A stretch of 64,000 nucleotides of DNA from an uncultured Gemmatimonadales bacterium (GTDB taxonomy: Bacteria; Gemmatimonadota; Gemmatimonadetes; Gemmatimonadales; GWC2-71-9), in contig CAWGED010000005.1 in the NCBI GenBank assembly GCA_963821525.1, positions 768,001 through 832,000 of the forward strand, in the 5' to 3' direction. The translations under genes were made by a program, and so were the position numbers. How positions within the stretch are numbered: the stretch's first letter is position 1; each line of letters begins with the position of its first letter. Positions 59,381 to 64,000 of this stretch are shown one piece after another. The notes under the pieces were generated by a model, which saw nothing but the letters and a program-made list of their open reading frames with translations, ran no database searches and was not told the origin of the DNA.

Positions 59381-59998
59381 TTACGGCGCCACCGGGTCCC
59401 CAGCGGTGGTCACCAGCCGGCGGCCGGCGAGCCTCACCTCGCGAGCCGCGGCCTCCAAGTTGTTCAGCACCGCACGGATGGGTCCGGCCAAAGTGGGATC
59501 CGAGACGACCTGGTCCAAGCTGAGTTGCCTGCCTGCCATCGGAACCTCGACGACAGCTGGAGTGAGGAGTTCGGCTGACATCGTCTTGAGCGTCTCCACC
59601 AGCGCCGCCTGGGCATGAACTGCCCGCGGGGCCGTGTTCAGGAGGGCAACCGGTAGAGAGGGAAACTCCAACCCGCTGACCAGCCAGTCGAGCGCATTCT
59701 TCAAGGATCCCGGAACCCCATGCGCATATTCAGGACTGGAGATCAGGAGCGCATCGGCGGCGGCCACCTGTGCTCTGAATACGCGAACCGCTGGCGGACG
59801 GCCGGTGTCAGTATCGTCATCAGGGTTGAAGTGGGGCAGGTCCGCCAACCCCAGATAAAACTCGACGTGAACACCGGACGGGGCCAGTGCCTGAGCGGCT
59901 TGCAGGATCAGGGAGTTCGAGGATGCGCTGCGCAGGCTCCCTGACAAGGCCAGGACGCGAAGAGGCCCACTGCGAGGAGAAGAGATGCCAGCTTCCAT
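59381..59998 (-). CDS. NADPH-dependent FMN reductase
   Basis: SGSLR..SSN and PEYAHGVPGSLKNALDW. Confidence 0.93.
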   Translation of the reverse strand: MEAGISSPRSGPLRVLALSGSLRSASSNSLILQAAQALAPSGVHVEFYLGLADLPHFNPDDDTDTGRPPAVRVFRAQVAAADALLISSPEYAHGVPGSLKNALDWLVSGLEFPSLPVALLNTAPRAVHAQAALVETLKTMSAELLTPAVVEVPMAGRQLSLDQVVSDPTLAGPIRAVLNNLEAAAREVRLAGRRLVTTAGDPVAP

Positions 59999-60059
59999 TC
60001 GGGTGTCTGAACTATCGATGCGGGAGGGCGCATTGATCCGCGCTCCTCTCCAACGGAGG

Positions 60060-60419
60060 TCAGGGAGTTGCCTCGGAACGCGCCAACGGGTAACGGGAGA
60101 GGCCCCATACGACGAGGATCACCGCTCCAGCCGCCATGAAGAAGAGGCGCGGCGTGCCGGACCAGTGGAGCAGCGTGGGAAGTAGGATCAACGCCACACC
60201 GACGAGGGCCTCGACGGCACTATGCAGACTCAGAGGTACGAGACGATGGTCAGTGGGAGAAAACTGGGTCAGGAGTGTCATCCCCAGGTGAACGCCAGCC
60301 AGAGTGTAGGCCAGTATCGCGGGGAACCCACTCAGGCCAAAAATGGAGGGAGCCACGGTGAAGACCACGACGGTGACGAAGTCGAGGACCCGGTGTAAAG
60401 CTGGGCCGATGATGGGCAT
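60060..60419 (-). CDS. Small membrane protein (SPW-repeat-like)
   Basis: RBS ggagagg; H..LD and H..VE motifs; four TMs. Confidence 0.75.
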   Translation of the reverse strand: MPIIGPALHRVLDFVTVVVFTVAPSIFGLSGFPAILAYTLAGVHLGMTLLTQFSPTDHRLVPLSLHSAVEALVGVALILLPTLLHWSGTPRLFFMAAGAVILVVWGLSRYPLARSEATP

Positions 60420-60457
60420 GACCTCTCCTTGATCCGAACTTCTTACGTCCCGGCCCA

Positions 60458-60544
60458 CGGCGTGGGTGAGATTCGAACTCACGGAACCCTTGCAGGTTCG
60501 CCGGTTTTCAAGACCGGTGCATTCAACCACTCTGCCACCACGCC
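60458..60544 (-). tRNA. tRNA-Ser (TGA)
   Basis: ggcgtgg...ccacgcc stem, anticodon ccggt-ctTGAaa-accgg, long variable arm. Confidence 0.97.
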
Positions 60545-60606
60545 AGGCGTTCAACGTAGCGAAGCGAAACCCTGACGCCAAGCAGAGCTCCGGGCGGGGC
60601 TCTGAC

Positions 60607-61013
60607 TCAGAACCTGTCCCCGACCAGCGGCAACTCCCGCCGGCGGATCACCAGGACGGCCGTGGCGGCGACCAAACCGTGATCGCGAGCTTGAACAGCA
60701 GGCCATGGTCTCCCTGGACCTCGATGCCGAGTCGCGTCAAATGGCTCACGATGGCGCCGCCCATCAAGCCGATCGCCAGGACGGCACCGAGCACGGGCGT
60801 TTTCGGGTAAAGCAGCAGGGCGACGGTGATCAGTTCGAGGATGCCGGTGCCGATCCGCCCCCATGGCTCCACACCCAGCGTGCTGAAGATGTACTTCGCC
60901 TCGGCGGCTCCGGTGAACTTGAAGAAGAGGGTTTGCCCCAGGATGACGGCGGCGGTGAGCTGAAAGACCCAGCTGGCGATGGTGGGGCCCCGCCCGAGCA
61001 ACCTCGCGTCCAT
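60607..61013 (-). CDS. DoxX family membrane protein (3' frameshift)
   Basis: QTLFFKF, EPWGRIG and MGGAIVSHLT. Confidence 0.88.
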
Positions 61014-61066
61014 GTCTGCACTCCGTTCCAGAAGGATGTACCTGGCTCCAACTATTCCTTCGAGGA

Positions 61067-61092
61067 AACGCCGCGCTCCTTTCCTTGGTTCC
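61067..61092 (-). promoter_or_regulatory. SigR/SigH-type ECF promoter upstream of DoxX
   Basis: GGAAC-N18-GTT on the minus strand. Confidence 0.65.
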
Positions 61093-61113
61093 CTCTTTAG
61101 CCACGCATCTTGT

Positions 61114-61140
61114 TGTCCGCCCTGTCCGCCCTGTCCGCCC
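61114..61140. repeat. 9-mer tandem repeat (TGTCCGCCC)x3
   Basis: Same unit as inside gltX; lies between two divergent GGAAC motifs. Confidence 0.9.
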
Positions 61141-61221
61141 CGACGGCCGGGAACCTTTTGACGCCCGGCACCCTTCTGGGTATGGGCTTCACAAGGAAAC
61201 CAGGGTTTTCTGGAGGAGATC

Positions 61222-61359
61222 ATGAAGTCGACATCCCCATCGCCCAGGCAGACCACTGCGATTCCCGTCCGTTTCTGGTGGCAGCGGGAGCGGGTGCTCA
61301 GGATCCTGGCCCGCTGGGAGCGGACCACCCGGGAAGCCCGGTTGATGAGGGGGTCGTGA
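61222..61359 (+). CDS. Unannotated 45-aa small protein
   Basis: RBS ggaggag; MKSTSPSPRQTTAIPVRFWWQRERVLRILARWERTTREARLMRGS*; upstream GGAAC-N18-CTT at 61150-61175. Confidence 0.5.
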   Translation: MKSTSPSPRQTTAIPVRFWWQRERVLRILARWERTTREARLMRGS

Positions 61360-61389
61360 GGTGCGAATCGTGGCGGCGGGGTCCGGTCT

Positions 61390-61414
61390 GAAACCAGGTG
61401 GGCTCCACGACGTT
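61390..61414 (+). promoter_or_regulatory. Candidate autoregulatory ECF promoter
   Basis: GAAAC-N17-GTT about 85 nt upstream of the sigma start. Confidence 0.5.
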
Positions 61415-61497
61415 CCCATGTCGAGTCCGGGCAGCATATTGTCCGGTTGCCGGTGGAGACCGGACCAGCAATCTCGACCTGGGGTCACCGCACGAGC

Positions 61498-62146
61498 ATG
61501 ACCGAGGACCAGCCGGCTATAGAATCAGCGGCCTCTCTCGCCGCGCCAATCGCAGCGAGGGCGTTGCATTCCTTCGAGGCGCTTCTGGAGCCGGTGCTGG
61601 ACGGCGCGTTCGGCGTGGCACTCCGGTTTACCCGCAGCCGAAGCGATGCCGAGGACCTGGTACAGGAGGCGGCACTGCTCGCGTGCCGCGGGTTCCACGC
61701 ATTCATGCCGGGGAGCAACTTTCGCGCGTGGTTTTTTCGGATTCTGACCAATTGTTTCTACAGCCGTTACCGCAAAGAGCGTCGGCGAGCCGCGGATATC
61801 GAGCTGGAAGATGCCTCCGAGCTGTACATCTATCAGGAAACGGCCGCTCTCGGCCTTCACTCCAGGACCGACGACCCGGCCGTCGCTGCTATTCGACAAG
61901 CTGACCGTGGAGCAGATCGAGGAAGCCATCGCCGCCCTTTCCGACGAGTATCGCGTGGTAGCGACGCTCTATTTCCTCGAGGAGTTCTCCTACCAGGAGA
62001 TCGCCGAGGTGGTGGAGGTGCCGGTTGGGACCGTGCGGTCCCGTCTGCATCGCGCCCGCCATATGTTGCAGAAGGCGCTGTGGACGATTGCGAAGGAACG
62101 AGGGATCGTGAGCGCGCTGGCCGGCTCTACCGGGGAGGGAGACTGA
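61498..62146 (+). CDS. ECF RNA polymerase sigma factor, SigR/SigH-like (frameshift near 61890)
   Basis: DAEDLVQE, GSNFRAWFFRIL and SYQEIAE..GTVRSRLHRAR. Confidence 0.92.
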
Positions 62147-62147
62147 C

Positions 62148-62438
62148 ATGCCTGCGCCCGACCGTTTGACCTGCGAGGAGACGTTCCACCGCCTCGATGA
62201 CTATCTGGACCGTGAACTTTCTCCGGAGGAGATGGGTCTGGTGCGAGAGCACCTCGAGACCTGTGCCGTCTGCGCCAGTGAATACCGCTTCGAGTCCGGA
62301 ATCATTGCCGGCGTGCGGGAGAAATTGCGCCACATCGCGGTCCCGGAAGGCCTGCGAGCGAAGATCTCCGCTCTCCTGGCCAAGGAAACGAACCGGAAGG
62401 GCGCGGTACCTAGCCGCCTTGCGCAGCACTCCCTCTAG
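62148..62438 (+). CDS. Zinc-binding anti-sigma factor (zf-HC2/ZAS)
   Basis: C..YLD.EL..HLETCAVC (HxxxCxxC). Confidence 0.92.
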   Translation: MPAPDRLTCEETFHRLDDYLDRELSPEEMGLVREHLETCAVCASEYRFESGIIAGVREKLRHIAVPEGLRAKISALLAKETNRKGAVPSRLAQHSL

Positions 62439-62466
62439 CACTTCCTCACGCCGCTCACCGCTCCCG

Positions 62467-62492
62467 GGAACCTTCTCCTCCCCTCTCTCATT
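62467..62492 (+). promoter_or_regulatory. Candidate ECF promoter upstream of the DM13-like gene
   Basis: GGAAC-N18-ATT. Confidence 0.45.
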
Positions 62493-62585
62493 AGAGAGTC
62501 GCACGGGTTGATCCATCGAGGATCGACCCACACGATGGCCGCAATGCGGCGGCTCATCCAGAACAATTGACCTGGGGGAGGAATC

Positions 62586-62972
62586 ATGTACGGGATTTTG
62601 AAGGGACTCACGATGTTGGCGGCTGTCGCGACGTTGACTACCGCTGCGGCGGCTCCGGCCAAGATCTACACCAGCAAGCCTTTCGCCGGCGCCAAGGCGA
62701 ACACGGGGACCGTGACGGCAACGGTCGACAACGGGAAGATTACGCTGAAGGTGTCGGACGACTTCAAGATTCCTGATACTCCGGCTCCCAGCTGGCAGAT
62801 CGTGGATTCGCAGGGCAACACCTACCTGCTCAATCAATTCAAGGTCAAGGGCGGCACCAACCGGAGCATCACGCTTCCGGGCTATATCAAGGACGTGCAG
62901 AAGGTGCAGGTCTGGTGTTCGTATGCCGAAGTGCTGCTGGGAGAGACCAGCTTCGATGTGATTGTGCAGTAA
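62586..62972 (+). CDS. Secreted DM13-like domain protein
   Basis: Signal peptide; F.G....GTV, DF..PD.P.P and V.VWC...LLG pattern. Confidence 0.65.
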   Translation: MYGILKGLTMLAAVATLTTAAAAPAKIYTSKPFAGAKANTGTVTATVDNGKITLKVSDDFKIPDTPAPSWQIVDSQGNTYLLNQFKVKGGTNRSITLPGYIKDVQKVQVWCSYAEVLLGETSFDVIVQ

Positions 62973-62986
62973 CAGCTCAAAATGTC

Positions 62987-63022
62987 ATCGCCGGTCGGGG
63001 GCTTCCCGGCCGGCGATTCTTT
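62987..63022 (+). terminator. Intrinsic terminator
   Basis: atcgccggtcggg-ggctt-cccggccggcgat followed by tcttt. Confidence 0.75.
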
Positions 63023-63074
63023 GTCCGCTCTGAGACTGTGCAACGGGCCTGAACCTCAGGCAGTTAGTCGAGGC

Positions 63075-64000
63075 CTACATCCCATCCCCTCCCAGGTTGG
63101 CCCTGACCGCGTTCGCCACCGAGTCGGCCCGGTCGGCCTGGGCGGAATCGCCCTCAGCGCGAAGGGTATTGGCCATCGTCCCATAGACCACGCCATAGAG
63201 CGAGAGGATGGACGATGACGGCCGGTCCACCCAGCCCCTTAGGCCGGTTTCGCGCGACCTCTGAATAGTGATAGGTATCCCACATCAGCTTCTCGGTCCG
63301 CGGCAGGTTCGCGTAGCCGAGTCCCCGGGTCAGGATCACCGAATCCTTGGGCACCACCGGCTTCATCACCAGCTTCCGCACCAGGCCCTGCGTGATCAGG
63401 TAGGGCGTCAGGCCCAGGGTCTGGTCGGGATAGCCGCCCGCGCTCCAGGCAAAGAAGATCGGCCGCTGACCCACGTTGTCCCGGATCAGGAAAATCGTCG
63501 CCAGGTCGGAGAGCTGCAGATACTCGGAGCCGAAGGCGATCTCCAGGCTGTCGAACCGGATCCCGCCGTTCTTGGGAACCTGCTGCAGCTCGGGCAGGCT
63601 ATCGAGCTGGCCCTCGGTGAGGCGGAAGGCGGGCTCGGTGGGCTGCACCCAGTTGCCGTTCTTCCACAGATCGGCGGCCTTGGCCGGGTCGAATTGCGGA
63701 GTCACCCGTCGCTTGAGCTGGCGCAGGTGCCAGCGGGTGTTCATCAGCGAGAGGTTGGCCAGGGTGACGTCGCGCCGGATCCCTTCCACTTCCTGGGCGA
63801 ACCAGAGCGGGAAGGTGTCGTTGTCGCCCGCCGTGATCAGGATGCCATAGGGCTCGACCGACTGGAGCAGGTCGGATCGCGAAGTCGCGCGCGGCGGTCT
63901 CGTGGGCCCGGCTCGCCGTGACGTGATTCCCCAAGAGCGGGATGATACCGAGGAGCAGGACAGGAGTAGAGTAGGCCCAGCTCTGTTTCTCCGGAACCCG
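63075..64000 (-). CDS. C-terminal part of a DUF2723-type glycosyltransferase-like membrane protein (partial, frameshifted)
   Basis: LITAGDNDTFPLWFAQEVEGIRRDV..NLSL.NT.W motif; runs off the window end. Confidence 0.85.

Noticed and set aside
16033..60544. Prophage or ICE integrated at one of the three tRNAs
   Set aside because: No intact integrase, phage or conjugation genes, and no duplicated tRNA 3' end seen by eye (not an exhaustive search).

Overview
High-GC bacterial chromosomal segment, probably Gemmatimonadota. This taxon is inferred from gene content and order and was not confirmed by a search. Single-base frameshifts are scattered through many genes, including the essential gltX, so most broken ORFs are best read as assembly indels. 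The window has four parts. (1) About 1-16.0 kb is an accessory region on the 3' side of tRNA-Gln(TTG). It carries many short unrelated minus-strand genes, a decayed integron-integrase (intI) fragment next to the tRNA, several attC-like relics and a three-unit ~150-bp repeat. (2) About 16.4-42.1 kb is mostly core genes: a hybrid histidine kinase, ispE, pdxJ, mce, trxA, rsmI, a DUF4159/DUF4175/TPR operon, JAB-DinG, CapA, gltX and tRNA-Ser(GCT). It is interspersed with short tandem arrays in inverted pairs and palindromic mini-elements. (3) About 42.3-60.4 kb lies between two Ser tRNAs. It holds metB under a SAM-II riboswitch with a terminator, an arylsulfatase/FGE pair, and a seven-gene operon of unknown function (Cys-type alpha/beta hydrolase, ADC-like protein, two membrane proteins, patatin fusion, membrane metallophosphoesterase, cholesterol-oxidase-like GMC). 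(4) About 60.5-64 kb holds an ECF sigma/zinc anti-sigma pair surrounded by four SigR/SigH-type promoter motifs. No CRISPR array, rRNA or intact mobile element was seen.
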